The notes under the pieces: model-generated | What the model was told of the DNA's origin: nothing | Databases searched by the model: none | What the model saw: the letters and a program-made list of their open reading frames with translations, nothing else | Shown here: in pieces, positions 30,681 through 45,353 of the stretch | How positions within the stretch are numbered: the stretch's first letter is position 1 | Layout: each line of letters starts with the position of its first letter | Position numbers and translations under genes: made by a program | Assembly (NCBI GenBank): GCA_963693365.1 | Contig: CAVNZM010000002.1 | Span: 12,890,328 to 12,954,327, forward strand | DNA length: 64,000 bases | Origin: Amoebidium appalachense | Taxonomy: Eukaryota > Protista > Ichthyosporea | Direction: 5' to 3'

Positions 30681-31609
30681 CCCCTCTCCCTCCCCCTCTC
30701 TCTCCCTCCCTCCCCTACCCCCCGTCCCCCCCCCTTCCCCTCCCCCCTTCTCGACACCATCTCAGGAAACCAGGAACGATACCTCCCCCCCCCCCCCCCC
30801 TCTTCCCCCTCCTTTCGACAACATTTCTTAAAACTAGAAACATGCATTCACATTGGCAGCATTTAATGCGGGTGGGTGGTATTTCCTTTTTTCCCTTCCC
30901 GGAGTCCTTTTTTCGCGCACTTTCATGCACCAGATACGGAAGGACTCAAATGTATATGTTTGTGCGGCACTATTAGAATTTTACAACAGCTCTCTGTGTG
31001 TAACACTGTGTGCTACCGGATAGCACAACATATCGATGCATTTTGTTCATGTGCATTTAGAACTCAAATTGTTGGGTTGTGGAAAAGCTGCCCCCTCTAT
31101 AATGCAGCACATGCTAAATAAATAAACACTACGCAGCCAAGATGCCTGATAAAGTAAGTGGGACTGTTGGGTCCACGAGAACCAAATTTGACCTCATCGT
31201 ATGTATTTCATGTCGTATTCATATGTATATGATGACCACACTTCCAAATTAAACGTGCAAACACTCACGCCTGGTGTAAAGAAATTGGTGAGGTCATATG
31301 TTTAACAACGAAAAGAGCAAGGACTGTTGGACACCCGCCCACCCACCACATGACCCAGCATGCACGGACACAATCATGATTGAATACATGTACTGCCTTC
31401 GAATACAAATTCACGTCGGAGTGGACACAAAAACACTAGACTATCAATCCTTCGTTTCAGAAAAAATGTAAAAGAATAATGATGATAAAAGGAAGGAGAG
31501 AAAGAACGAAAGAAAGATATTCGAAAGGGGACAGGGAAGGAAAGCCTTTAAGGAAGAAATGGATTTGCGCTGTATATACACGTACTCGTGGTGGATGTGC
31601 TTTTTTTTG

Positions 31610-31645
<36 letters not shown>

Positions 31646-32111
31646 TAACCAAGTTGAAGAAGGCCTACTCGAGAGTTATCAAAGACAAACAATATTTAGT
31701 AAATAAAAAACCTCAGAGAAACGCAAAGCAAACCTCAGGAAAAATTGCCGACAACTCTGCTAAAGGTGGTGAGCTTCAAGCCTTTGAAACACGAATAACA
31801 ACCAGTGTACATGTACAGCAGTGAGCACTAAAACTTGCCTTGACTTGGCCGGACGCCTACCGACGTAGCCGCGTACCAGCACCACTTGCAGCACTACAGT
31901 AGGACGTCGACTTTCAAAACTTTGCCACCGGGCCTAATAAGGGGTGGCCTTGGAACGAAGAGGTGTTGTAACTGTCTGAAAGGTGCATTATGAGAGAATA
32001 AAGAGTAAGCTATCGCAGTAGTCTCGATTTTTCTGCCCACAAAATAATCGCGCGACCCGTCACATGATGGCGCGAAGCGCTGCCCACGTCTGTGGCTCCG
32101 GGGGGGGCCGT

Positions 32112-32400
32112 CCAAATATGGCTCAGTTATGATATATCTGATTGGATAATCTCTAATTAGTCACAATCATTGGTGGATCTTCCGTCCGTGCTGCCTTCTC
32201 GATCGAGCTCAGGCATGTCAAAACCCTGTTTCGTTGTATTCGTGGCTGAGTGCCGTCGGCCGAGACCCACGCACTTGCACGAAGCGCGCGTGCCCCGTAC
32301 GTGCCCCTGTTATGTGGCATGCACACGTTCCACCTGGACCGCCTTGGCCGCGTGAGTGAACTATGTTTCACTTTGTGTGGGCGCCAATCAGCCAATGCAC
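32112..32400. promoter_or_regulatory. CArG box + CCAAT cluster
   Basis: CCAAATATGG at 32112-32121, ATTGG 19 bp later, further ATTGG/CCAAT at about 32170 and 32385-32396. Confidence 0.4.
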
Positions 32401-32718
32401 GTGGTCATGTTTGGTTCCGCTCTTTGCATCCGTGCAGGATCGATGACGCAGCAACGCCATGTTGTTTGAAAAAAAACTGTTACTACCCATTGAATTGGCC
32501 CCTCTTAATATCTCTCCTAACCCAATTATACTCATCTTTCCGCCCCACCTGTCCTGTGTGAATGTGCAGCTCCAGAACGATGTTGCAATTGGTGTCAGCC
32601 TTGAACCGTTACGAGACTTTGAACATGAATATGAAGTCTTTTCAAAGTTCTGTGTACCCACCCACCCTCCCCCCTTCCTATTTCTTCCGCCCCCCCCCCC
32701 CCCCCCCCCCTCTTTCTT

Positions 32719-32863
<145 letters not shown>

Positions 32864-33123
32864 CCCTCTCTCGCTTTCTCTTTCTCTCTCAAGGCTTTCT
32901 CTCTCTCTCTCTCCCCCCCCCTCTCTTTCTCTTTCCCAACCCCCCCCCGCCCAAACCCCCCCCCCCCCCCCAAACACCGGCGCCACTCCTCTGTCTTCTG
33001 CCCTCCTCCCCTCCCCCTCCCCTCTTCCCTCCCTCCTAGCTCCCTACCCGCCACCAATCTCTCCTTCCTAATTCTCTTTTTCCTTGCCTCCCTCTCTACC
33101 GCCTGCCCCATCTCGTGTCACCT

Positions 33124-33199
<76 letters not shown>

Positions 33200-33271
33200 A
33201 GAAAAAATAAGTGCTGGGATCTTCCCCCGGCCGGGCCCCTCTCTCCCTACCCCCAGGACTCGTTCCATCTC

Positions 33272-33464
33272 TCACAATTCCTCTCTCTTGAGCAATCTTT
33301 ATCCTTTGACTACTCTTTTCGTGTATTACAATGGGCGGTCGGGAGTGGCGCAGCATGCGCGGAGGAGATCACAATTCCTCTCTCTTGAGCAATCTTTATC
33401 CTTTGACTACTCTTTTCGTGTATTACAATGGGCGGTCGGGAGTGGCGCAGCATGCGCGGAGGAG
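33272..33464. repeat. 97-bp tandem duplication
   Basis: tcacaattcctctctcttgagc...gcgcggaggag occurs twice. Confidence 0.9.
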
Positions 33465-33497
33465 GATCGGGATGAGGGCCCGGTGGGGGAGGGAGGG

Positions 33498-33532
<35 letters not shown>

Positions 33533-34014
33533 GACCACGTATTCTAGTGCCTTATAGAAGAAAAACGTTTATTACACAATATCTATCATAGCCTTGTGTC
33601 CATCGTTGTGTCACGGTGAGGAACATGATCCTAGGCTTCGCAGTTTCCTTAGTGCTGCCATAGATCCATCTCCCCGGCCCCCCCACCCCCACCCCCACCC
33701 CACCCACCCACCACTCCACCCCCAGCAGTCCCTCCCTCGCGCCCCTTAGCGATCAGCCTGCCCGCCCCAATATCATTTTGTGCTCTTGCTGCTGCCGGAG
33801 AGTCGATTGCGGCCGAAGCCCGGAAGCCGTCGGCTCGAAGTTCTTTCGAAGCAGCCGGATCCGGGCCCGCATGTTGAACAAACATCACCCCAAATATGTA
33901 GTCACTGAGAACGGTTGTCTCCCTGCGGCCTCTAACACATACCTTGTATGTTGCCGCGGCGACAGTCACTAGACAAAGTTTGTTCGCGCGTAATCGGATC
34001 TTGTTCTACGAGCG

Positions 34015-34256
34015 GCGATTGGTTCAAAGTGACGTAACCGAGCCTACCAGTCAAACTGAGACATGATCCGTTTGCCCAGGCTTTTTTATTCCATGAAATT
34101 AAATGTTTGATTTAAAATGTTTGAGCAATCCGATTGGTCATTACATATTGAGCGATCTAATTGGTCATTACAACCAGAAGGACCCGGCCGGCCGCCGGAG
34201 AGTACATAGCCTTGGAGACTACCAAATATGGGTTTTTATCCGTGCGTTCATTGGCT
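34015..34256. promoter_or_regulatory. CArG box + CCAAT cluster
   Basis: Four ATTGG (about 34018, 34133, 34160, 34250) and CCAAATATGG at 34222-34231. Confidence 0.4.
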
Positions 34257-36293
34257 AGATTTTATCTACATAGTTTAATTGACGCTCGTGATGCCCAGCG
34301 GCCTCCGTGACGGTGACCGTCACCGCACAGAGCGGCTGAGGGGCCGAGCGAGGGCCTCGCGCCAGCAAGCCTGCTCGTGGCGCCACGGCTCCAGCTCGTT
34401 TGCGCTACTGTACACAGTTGTTACGGCACTTGGCTTTCGCGTGATCTCACAGGATGTTATAAGGATGCTATGCTAGCGCTGCCGGATGAGTTGAAGTCAC
34501 ATATGGAAACCACTGCGATTACCAAATAAAGTCAGATAATGCTTTATTTAGTTTCGAATTCTGTGTGTGTGTGTGCATGTGCTTGTGTGCGTGTGCTTGT
34601 GTGCGTGTGTTTGTGTGTGATCATGCGCAAGCAGTCAGCTCGTTGCGAGCGTTTAGTTGTCGTCCTACACTTGAGAGTAGGTGATTCGACATCAGCGCCG
34701 TCCACTCGAGAGCAGGTGAGACCCCATCTCCATATCTGGTTTTTATTTTACAGTTGCTCTATGTAACTAAAAAGCATGGGCACTTATATTTTGCTGCTCA
34801 CTGAACGTCCGCCAACCCCTGGGCTAGCGCTTTTCCCCAGCGTCATCATATGATATGATCCCACCCTGCGCAGCCGGCGCGCTGGCCCTAGGCATAGCCT
34901 GCCTAGGCGCAGCGGGCCGGGATTTGTATACCAGGCTATTAATAGATTAGCGGCCTCCGTCGTATTGCAGGTTGCACTACCCTCCGACGAATGGATGGGC
35001 CGCGTTTGGATCTGGACGGGATCTGCGCCAACGTGATAGATAACATGCGCGAGGCATTGGCAGGTAGCAAGAGCCTGAAAGGTACTGTACTTGTTTATTC
35101 TCTGCTTTTTTTCCTTTATCTACATTTTTTTTTTTTCGTGGTTTTCTCCGCTCAAATAATAAAAGCCTGTAGCTTAGTAGTGACATTTCCAGGATCGGAC
35201 TCTCCACCGGTCTGGTGTATTTTTGGACGGGATATATTCATTTTTTGGGATCGTTTAGAATGAGACACAAAGCACTATGACTACTGTATACCGTAATATC
35301 ATATACTGGGTAACTGGGTAGAGAATAAAAAACAGTGTAGAAATAAAACAAAAACCAACTGTTTTAGTGCGGTACATTTAGTTAAGATATAAACAGAGCT
35401 TGCCTTTTAGAGTAGCCTCAGTCTCTTGAAAAGAAATGCATGGAATTTAGAAATTCTTATCTGCCAATATAGATTTGCAATGCAATTGGCGCTATTTCGA
35501 GCTCTTTGACGGATTTTTTTGCCCGCCGACCGCGGTGTGGTGCGAGGAGGGCAAACGTCGAGGCCTTGGAAGTAAACTGAAAGAATTGACAAGCGAAGCC
35601 CAAATTAGGTGTGCATTAGCTCTTTTTCAAATAGAAATAGGCGTTAGAAAGCACAAAATAATAAACACATTCATTTTTTCTACCAAGATGCCACCGTCCA
35701 TTGCTTTTTCGCCCAGCGCGCTTCATCTTGCAAATGCCCAACCTGTCCGACAACCCCCTCCCACCCCCCACCTTTTTTTTTACCCCCACTCTCAGCCAGG
35801 TCGCGCGACTTCGTAGAGCTCATGGTATAAAGTGTAACTGCGCGACCTAAACCTTCAAAAAATTTCTTCTTCTGTCAACAACCCAAGAATCCTTCTCCGC
35901 CACCCACACAACCGGGACCTGTGTCTGCCTTGTGCCCCCCGGCCCTTCTCCACCAAGTGCTCGTGCGCCTGCCTATGCCCGCCCCCGCCCGATCATCTAT
36001 ACAAGCGCTAAAACGATGCCAACTGCATCGTGACCTTCTCAGCTGCCTTTCAAGGTACAAATGCTGTTCTTGTATGCATAAGTTTTGTGCTTGCATGATG
36101 AGCGTCAGAAAGGTTGGCATGGCCACGGGAATGGTGATCCATGAGATGGCAAACACAATTGCATGCAGTAATGAGATGTTTAGAGTTTCAACACTTTAGA
36201 TGTCTTCGGGTTTTCTTTGCCTTTTTTTTTTTTTTTTTTTTTTCCCCTTCAAAGCGTGAAGCCAGGTTCTTTCTGCTATTTGTCACGGTGGTC

Positions 36294-36327
<34 letters not shown>

Positions 36328-36504
36328 CCCCCTCCCCCCCGGGCCCTGCGCCACCCGCCCGCTTGCCGAACTTTCTTTTTGGTTTTGTATTCAGTTCAAA
36401 TTCAGGCTCTTCCTGTTGTGCCTTCCTCGCTTTCCCTTCCTTTTTCCAAACATGTTGACCCGTTGTTGTGCAACGCAGCCCCTAAGAGTTTAATATATGT
36501 AACA

Positions 36505-36756
36505 GCCCGAGGGAGAGGTGCACGCGTGTGAATATTACTTACCCGTTATTACTTATCCAGGTTATATATCCATCGTTTGATCTTCCAAGTTGAACACAAG
36601 CTAGGACGAGAAAAGATTTCAAGGAAAATGGCCCGAGGGAGAGGTGCACGCGTGTGAATATTACTTACCCGTTATTACTTATCCAGGTTATATATCCATC
36701 GTTTGATCTTCCAAGTTGAACACAAGCTAGGACGAGAAAAGATTTCAAGGAAAATG
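36505..36756. repeat. 126-bp perfect tandem duplication
   Basis: gcccgagggagaggtgcac...caaggaaaatg at 36505 and 36631. Confidence 0.9.
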
Positions 36757-36844
36757 GCTGAGGGAATCTCTAATCAACTCTTTGACTGCGATTCGTTTTT
36801 GGGGTTTGAGGAAGCAACAACCAGGTAAAAAACACATCCCTCCC

Positions 36845-36880
<36 letters not shown>

Positions 36881-37347
36881 ACAAAGAAAAAAAAAAGAAA
36901 GAAAGAAAACACGCACACACATGCGTGTGTGCACTAACACACACACGGTACCATCACCACAAAAGAAGAAGAAGAAGAAGGTTGATGAACGACAACAAAA
37001 ACGAAGATTCAAGCAGAGATGGGGTTGTGGGTTGTGTGTGGGTGTGGGTGTGTGTTTTGGGCGCCGGGAGAGGGGTGGGGGGGGGGGGGGGGAGGGAGAG
37101 AGAGGTGGAGACGGGGGGAGAGAGAGGGGGGAGGGGAGAGAACCGCCCGCATCACAAACGATGACAGCCGCAAAAACCAGCAGAAACACGTGAATGTAAC
37201 CGACAGAAAGCCCCAGAATTATGTAGTGATTTTGGCAAGTTACTACCAAGGAAACTGTTTTTTCCAAATGGCTTTACTGATCGACAACCCCCCCCTCCCC
37301 CCCCCCCAATGTGTATCACCAACCACAACAGTGCATTTCCTGGAGCG

Positions 37348-37574
37348 ATGCAGCCCCTACAGCAGCCCGAATTTGACATCGACTTTGATACACTGCTGAT
37401 GGATACACCCCTTACCGAGCCGAATTTCATTCAAAACCCCCCCAACTTGACTCTGGAAGATCTTGAGACTAGGGTCGGCAATCTGTCCCTGGAGGATGCT
37501 ATGGGCTCAAACGCAAACGGAGCTGGGATGCCCGAGACACTCTATCAGACCGGCAATTCTGACATGAGGTGTGT

Positions 37575-37613
<39 letters not shown>

Positions 37614-37616
37614 TGT

Positions 37617-37713
<97 letters not shown>

Positions 37714-37933
37714 GTGTCGAGGTGTGTGGTCAACACCCCCCCCCCCCCCCCAAAAAAAAAAAAAAAAAAAAAAGGAGGGGGGGGGCATGTGTAGCAATGA
37801 TCTTTGTCGGTATTGGCATGTGTCTCACTCACTTGTCGTGCTTGTCGTGTTACATACCGCAAATAACTTTCTGTGCTGCAGACTAACCCCCCCGCGCCTC
37901 TTCGTCCCCCTCCCCAGCTCCTTCTCGTTTCCC

Positions 37934-37971
<38 letters not shown>

Positions 37972-38194
37972 ACCACCAAAAAAAATAAAATCATGAATAA
38001 AAATAAAAATAAATAAAAATAAAAATAATTAAAAACTTGAAAAAACAGCATGAACATGACTGTGCCTGGAGGACCTTACGGTGCGCCCCACGTGCTCGTG
38101 CCCGTCTCAGCCCTCACCCCAATCAGTGGCTACCTGCTGCCCACACCCGCCGGTCTGATGTTTTTCCCCTCGATTCCGAGCCCTTCAGGGTACC

Positions 38195-38236
<42 letters not shown>

Positions 38237-39226
38237 AAAAGTCCCTCTTCTCCTTTTTCCTTTTTTGCAACTTTTTTCGAATTAGCTAGAGAGAAGAGAG
38301 CCGGTGTTGGTGATGAATAAGAGGACCCCCGGGAAAGGGTGGGTGGGGGGGGATTGAAAGAGGTAGGGCGTAGGCGTTCGTCACAAGTTGGGTTGTTGGG
38401 ATCCTCCAGGTGAGATGATGCTGTAGGCGATGGGAAGTTTTGTGCACGTTGTTTCCTTTCTTTTCTTGTTTCTTTTTCTTTTTTCTTTTTCTTATTCTTT
38501 TCTTTCTTTTTTTTTGTTGTTGTTTGGGGGGGGGGGGGTGGGTAGCAAAATAACATTATTATACTGCAACCTTTCATCAGTAGGGCAAAGCGATTTGAAA
38601 AACCAATGCAAAATGTCAAACACTTCTTGTACACATTCTCATTTTTTCCCTTCGAAATTCCTTGCAGGGCACCAGCGCTGTTTCCCATCGGAGGTATGCC
38701 CGCTTCTGCCTCCCCTTCCCCAAGTATGGGCACTCCCATTATGGGCCCGGGCACTCCTATTATGGGCGTGGATCTCACAAGCAGCCAGTCGCAAGTCCCG
38801 TCGTCTCCAGTTCCGACAGAAGTTTCCGATTACGACGAACCGTCCCCCCAGTCTTCCGGATCCGATTCATCACCGCTCTCGCCGAAAGACCGTGAACGAA
38901 CACGCCGTGTCATAATTTGCACCGGAAATGCGATCCGATCGGACGTACGCCTAGATGAGAGGGCTGAACATGATGCCTACGTGATTTATCGCCTGCGCCG
39001 CTGGAGAAATAAGGAAGGCAAAAAGGAAAAAGGCCGCGGGCTCCCGCCGACGAAGAAATCCAAGGGATCGGGGGCGCTAAAATCCGAGAAATACCGAGGG
39101 AAGACGCGTCAACTTCAGTACCGGCTCGCGGTTGAATATTTCCAAAACCGCTCATGGAATGGGCTGAGCCCTGAGGTCAGGGAGTTTGTGTGCAACGAGA
39201 TTCGGAAAACCGCCAAAAAGGATTAA
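37348..39226 (+). CDS. unknown protein with acidic and Pro/Ser-rich N-part and basic C-terminal domain, paralogous to the 26100-30091 gene
   Basis: Exons 37348-37568, 38049-38189, 38668-39226 with consistent phase-2 junctions. C-terminus AYVIYR...G-x6-YRLA-x8-WNGLSPEVREF. Upstream exons are possible. Confidence 0.7.
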
Positions 39227-40334
39227 TGCCTTGAAACCGGCGGTGGGGAGAGGCGCGTTTGACAGGGGTTTAACCCTAGTGAGAACATCTTTGACGACGT
39301 TTATGGTGATGTGTTTTTTTTTGTTTTTTTTTTTGATAAAGTTTAGTGCGTCTTAGTGTATTTTGATGGTGTTTGTTAAGAGATGATCGTGATGATGGCA
39401 ACTGTAGCGATGACTTTCGAATATTTTAGTTCATCTATATGGGTTATCTGGGAATTGATGAATAGGTTGAATATTGCATGAATATATCGGTTGCAGGGTT
39501 TAAAATTTCTAGCTGACTCAGATGTATTGATTGACAGAGACGCAGCCAAGTCGGTGCCTTGGGTGCAAGCTCTTTTAAATCTAGATTAGATGGTCGGGGA
39601 GAGCACAAAACGCTCATTGTTATTTTTTTTTCTTTAATTTTTTTTTCTTCTTTTTTTGACTGTACATTAGATAATTAGTCGGAGTTTTTTTTTATTGTAC
39701 ATATTCGGCTAGACTGAGTTATTATTAATATTATTATTTTAGATATCCAGGCCTTGGTGGCCGTTAAATATTTAAAAAGGCACCCATATTCCTACTTTTT
39801 TTTTAGTTTTATGATAACTTTTCATATCTTATGTTTTTATATCTTAGTTTTTATATTTTTTTTAATAATTTTTTTATATCATACTATGAACTTAGGACAT
39901 TATTAATAGACAAACAAGTGATGAAGTTAAGTTATATAGGATTAGAGTTTCGTGTGGTGTTTTTGCTTCTCTTTTCGTTTTAAGTTTGTTCTAGGTACTC
40001 TCTCTCTTTGTTTAACATAGAAAACTGATTGGATTGATATATTTGTTATCTGTTATGATGAGTCTCGTGCATGTCTACGCACGTCGACATCAGGAAATGC
40101 ATTTATACATCCGGCGCTGTAAAGGTGGAATAAAAATAGGGAACCAGTGAGCAAGACGACCCCTCCCCCCTCTCCCCTCCCCAACACACACACACACCAC
40201 CGCCACTACCACCAACCACCACACACGTGACACACACACATGTACACACACACAGACACGAACACGCCCTTCTGGTTACTGTGTAATCTCATCTTTTTTT
40301 TGCATGAAGTGCAACAAATTCTAAGTCATTGCGC

Positions 40335-40419
<85 letters not shown>

Positions 40420-40451
40420 CGGGACGGGGGGGGGGGGGGGGGGGGGAAGGG

Positions 40452-40992
40452 TTTGAATGCGGAACACGGTACGAAGTACGCATACACGCGTCGAGAAGCA
40501 TGGTGCAGGACACATGCAAAGGCAAACATTCAAGTATGCAACATCAGCCATGTGCACAGTATGCGTCATAAGCAGAGCCCATCCTCAGGGAGGACCCAAG
40601 TCATCAATTGCGTCTGAGTTTCGACCCCTTAGCCGGCGTATATACGACGCTCAGAGCAGGGTTACTTATGCAAGCAAAGTGAGCAAAACCGTGAAGATAT
40701 GTGTGCAAACTAATGCAGTGCAGCGAAAAACGCTTATGTGCTTACAGATGCATGACACAGAGCAACCATGCCCGGTTGCATGGAAGTAAAGCGGTCTCCA
40801 CACAGTGGTCTGTCCTGAAAGGACACCTCTGAAAGAAGACTGGGGGGGTTTGAATGCGGAACACGGTACGAAGTACGCATACACGACGAGAAGCATGGTG
40901 CAGGACACATGCAAAGGCAAACATTCAAGTATGCAACATCAGCCATGTGCACAGTATGCGTCATAAGCAGAGCCCATCCTCAGGGAGGACCC
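40452..40992 (-). mobile_element. subfamily A copy 2 (full unit with internal deletion + C7 spacer + partial 3' unit)
   Basis: Reverse complement of A1; G7 junction at 40842-40848; flanked by poly(G). Confidence 0.85.
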
Positions 40993-42144
40993 GGGGGGGG
41001 GGGGGGGGGGGGGGGGCTAACGTAGCGCCACAAGTTTTTCACAGTTAGCCGTCCCAACGGCCCACTTTATTTGTTTCTGCTTAACCCAACCCACAATTGT
41101 ATTATCGGATAGTTGCTTCTCACAATCATTATACTTCGGTTATATATATGTTCAAAAAAATTTATGTACAAATTGCCTTTCCATGACTTTTACCTGGCAT
41201 TTGCTACACGTACCTTCAAGCATGCACAACATACCAGCATAAAATACCACATTGCACATATCACCACTCCATTTATGCAGAACATATCCCGATATTTAGA
41301 TCTCAGCCAGAAAATGTTTACATTATATGCATAGTCCTTAAGCAACATTATACATATCACCCTTCCATTCACTGCTACAATGAAGTTAACTCGTGTTCTT
41401 ATTGCTGATATTATTTTCATATTTCATTAGCCAATGTTGTTTTCTTTGTACTTGTCGCATACATACAATACCACTGCTATAACTTCAGCCTCTTTTCAGA
41501 ATATTCGGACCTCTAATTGAAATCTGACACGATAACCTTGCATGAAATTAATAATCATACAAAACCTTCGAAAATGCCTATTTTCAGACAATATTTTAGT
41601 GTTTGTATGTAGGGGGGCATCTAGCACATATGTGTGATGTTTGATGTGTGATGTGTGATATGTGTGTGTGATGCGTGATGCGTGATGCGTGATGCGTGAC
41701 GCGTGTGCGTGCGTGCGTGCGTGCATGTTGTGTGTGTGTGTGTGTGTCTGTGTCTGTCTGTGTGTGTGTGTGTGTGTGTCTGTGTGTGTGCGCGCGCGAG
41801 CGCGCGTGCCACGGTGTGTGTTATGTGCGCCCACGAATGTGTGCTGTCCGTACATTTCGTACGTTGCACAAGTTCATGGTGGTGGTTGTGGCGGCAAGAA
41901 GGAGAAGAATATGTATATCGATATGTACGTGTATCTTATGTGTGCATCCATGCATGTGCTATGTATTTTGTGCGTGTGTCTGTGTGTATGTGCCTATTGG
42001 CTGGCATGGAAAGGACTTGGAAGGGGGGAGGGTGCACCCAACGCGCAAACCCCCTCACGCCTCTACCTGTTTCCTCCTTTGCTGCCGTTTGCCTGCCCGC
42101 GATCTGCCCATATGCTGTCAGAATAACATCCAGCTCCCCTTATT

Positions 42145-42175
<31 letters not shown>

Positions 42176-42590
42176 CACACGCACACACACAAAAAAAAAA
42201 AAAAAAAAACATTATCTCAGCCTCATCCCTGTTTATAGCCTACCGTGACTGCTCGTTAGCACTTTGAGTGTTTTCCCCTCCTTTACTCTTCATATTCTCA
42301 GGCCAATTGGCAAACTTACAGTTTGCTCCTGGCTCGCTTCAACAAAGTTGACTACACACTCCATTTCTATTTCCCCCTCTCCCCCCCCCCCCCCCCCTCC
42401 CCCCTCCCTCTTCCCCCCAAACAAACAAACAAACAAAAAAGGAAAAAAAAAAAAAAAAAAAGAAAAGGAAAAAAACATGTCAACGAAAGTGGATATGGAC
42501 TGGTCACCGTGGGCAGGGGAAGGGGGGGGGGGGAGGGGGAGGGGAAGGGGGAGGGGGAGGGGGGGGAGGGGGAGGGGGAGGGGGAGGGGG

Positions 42591-42680
<90 letters not shown>

Positions 42681-42801
42681 CCTGTGTGAGAGGGAGAGGG
42701 GATGTGGGGGAGGGAGGGAGGAAGGGGGGGGGGGGGGGGGGGGGGGGAGGAACAGACAGAAAAAGTGAGTAGAGTGAGAGAGTGAGCAAGACAGAGACTC
42801 A

Positions 42802-42952
42802 TCACCTACCTCTATTCCGTGTTTCCTGGTCTCCTCTTTGGCTCGGTGTGCGTGATCTTGCACCAATCAAAAGGATCCCCATGTCCCCCTCCCATCGTTT
42901 GCCCTCTAGCACCGTACTGGCCTGGCGGCCAAATCGCACAATTGCGACGTTG

Positions 42953-43035
<83 letters not shown>

Positions 43036-43383
43036 CGCATGCAAATGAATCAGGCGCGGGGGGGGGGGGGGGGGGGGGGAGGGAGGGAGGCAGGGGTAGG
43101 AGGGCACGGGATGGAGGAGCCGGGGGCACTTGCATTAGTTGGGACGAGACACGGAAGCAATAACAACAACACACTTACGCAGGAGCCCATCGTCATGGGG
43201 ATTTGTATGCGTCGAGTTCAGAACAACTTTCCACTCTTTGACCTTTAACGATGGTTCCAAACCTATCTCTTCTCTTTCCAAAACCAATCCAGGAACTGTA
43301 AGTAAGGGGGAGGGACGCCAGGGAGCGAGGTTTGCATGCTCCCCGGGGACGGGGGAGGAGGAGGAGGAGGAGAAGGGAAGGGG

Positions 43384-43434
<51 letters not shown>

Positions 43435-43535
43435 CTCATACCTTGAGCCACTGAAGAGACCTATTCATGGGAGAGGTGGGATAGTACTTGTAGAAGAATG
43501 CATAGAGAAAGTCGACAATGTCCAGCTCAACTGCA

Positions 43536-43567
<32 letters not shown>

Positions 43568-43749
43568 GGGGGGTTAGGATGCGTAAGAAGAATACGAAGT
43601 GCACAATGACAATGAACAATTTGAGGCAGATTCTGCAAAGCACGTAGGGGGGGGGGGGGGGGGGGGAAGGGCGGAGAGGTGGGGGGGGGGGGGGGGAGGT
43701 GGAGAGGTGTGGAGGGGGGGGGGAGGCGGAGAGGTGTGGAGGTGTGTGT

Positions 43750-43780
<31 letters not shown>

Positions 43781-44783
43781 GTTGGAAGTGTTGGAGAGTA
43801 CGAAGTTAACAATGAACAAAGTACAGCACAATGCCAGCTTCTACAAAGCTCGGAAGGGATAAGGGGGGGGGGGGGGGGGGGGGGTTGGTGGGGAGGTGGG
43901 AGGGAAGAAGGAGGGGGGAGGGGGGGGGGGGGGGGGGGTAGCAGAATGTGTTACATTGTACAAAGAACACATTTACGACGGACAAAACAAAAAGCAAAGT
44001 TTGCAAAACACACACGAAGAATATGCGTCAGAAGCAGAGCCCATCCTCAGCGGGAAACCAAAGTCATCAACAGGTGGGAGGGTCGATTACAGGGGGCAGG
44101 GGGAAGTGCGAGAATGTAAAAATGGAAACATCCAAGGAAGAGGAAGAGGGGAGAGGAGTGATGCTTGGGGGGGAGAGGGAGGGGGGGCACGGGTCGTGGT
44201 GATTTTACAGTCGCCAAAGCCAAAGCACGCGGGAGTGTGGTGGGGAGAGAGAAGGGAGGATAGAGGGCCTGGGGAAAAGGGGGGGGGGGGGGGGGGGGGG
44301 GACTATGGAGTGATGTGAAGGAGGTGGTGGTAGGGACAGGGAGAACGATCTGCACACTAGCACAGACATTGGCACACACAGTGTCACAATCAAGTGCACA
44401 CATACAGACACACCGAGGCACATGAACGTGCACACAAACGGACACACAGAGGGAGATCGTGTGCGCCAAACAGTTGTGTTTGACTGTGTGCAAGTGTCGG
44501 ACACACAAGAGTTTTATTTTTCGGCGGCGAAGGCGGATGGGGGGGCGGGAGGGGGGAGCAAACACAAAAAGGCTACACTTTGCGCAGAACGATCTAACAC
44601 ACCTTTAAACACCGTCTTCACGTGCTCCACCTTCCTGGCATAAAAGTCGAACCCGGCATCCCTCCACGGTGCGCTATTAATAGACTGGGCAAGCAAAAGG
44701 GCAGGCGTGGTGTCGGAAGCCACGTCCACACACACGGATCTGACCCGTCCGGTTTGATCCTGTGTGTGTGAATGTGTGTATGA

Positions 44784-44843
<60 letters not shown>

Positions 44844-45319
44844 GTTCGTGTGTGTGTGTGTGTGCGCGTGTGTTCGTGTATGTGTGTGTGTGGGCGGGGA
44901 GGGGTGAAGGGTGGTAGTGGTGGTGGGGTGGGGTGGGGTGGGGTGGGGTGGGCGTGGTGTGTGTGTTTGTGTGTGTTGGGGGGTGGGGGGAGGGGGGGGA
45001 GGGGGGGAAATGAGCAAATGGCCAACACGGAAGCAAAAACACGAAAGGAAGCAACAACACATAACAGACGTTTTAGGAAATGTGCAAACCTAAGGCACTT
45101 TACATACTCTCTCCCTCCCTTCCTCTCCCCCCCTCCCCCCCTCTCTCTTTACTCCCCCCCCCCCCCCCCCTCTCTCTCCCCTCTCCCCTCCCCCCCCCCC
45201 CCCCCCCCCCCCCCCCAAAAGCCAAACCGCCCACCCACCCACCCACCAACCCACTAAATCCCCCCTCCCTCCCCCCCCCCCCCCCCCTCTTCCCCCTCTC
45301 TCCTTCGCCTTCCCCCTCT

Positions 45320-45353
<34 letters not shown>

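Noticed and set aside
33805-33872. GC-rich hairpin (gcccgga...tccgggc)
   Set aside because: Single occurrence and imperfect, with no covariation evidence.
36505-36756. CRISPR-like array in the tandem repeats
   Set aside because: These are two-unit duplications with no spacers, in a eukaryotic context with no cas genes.
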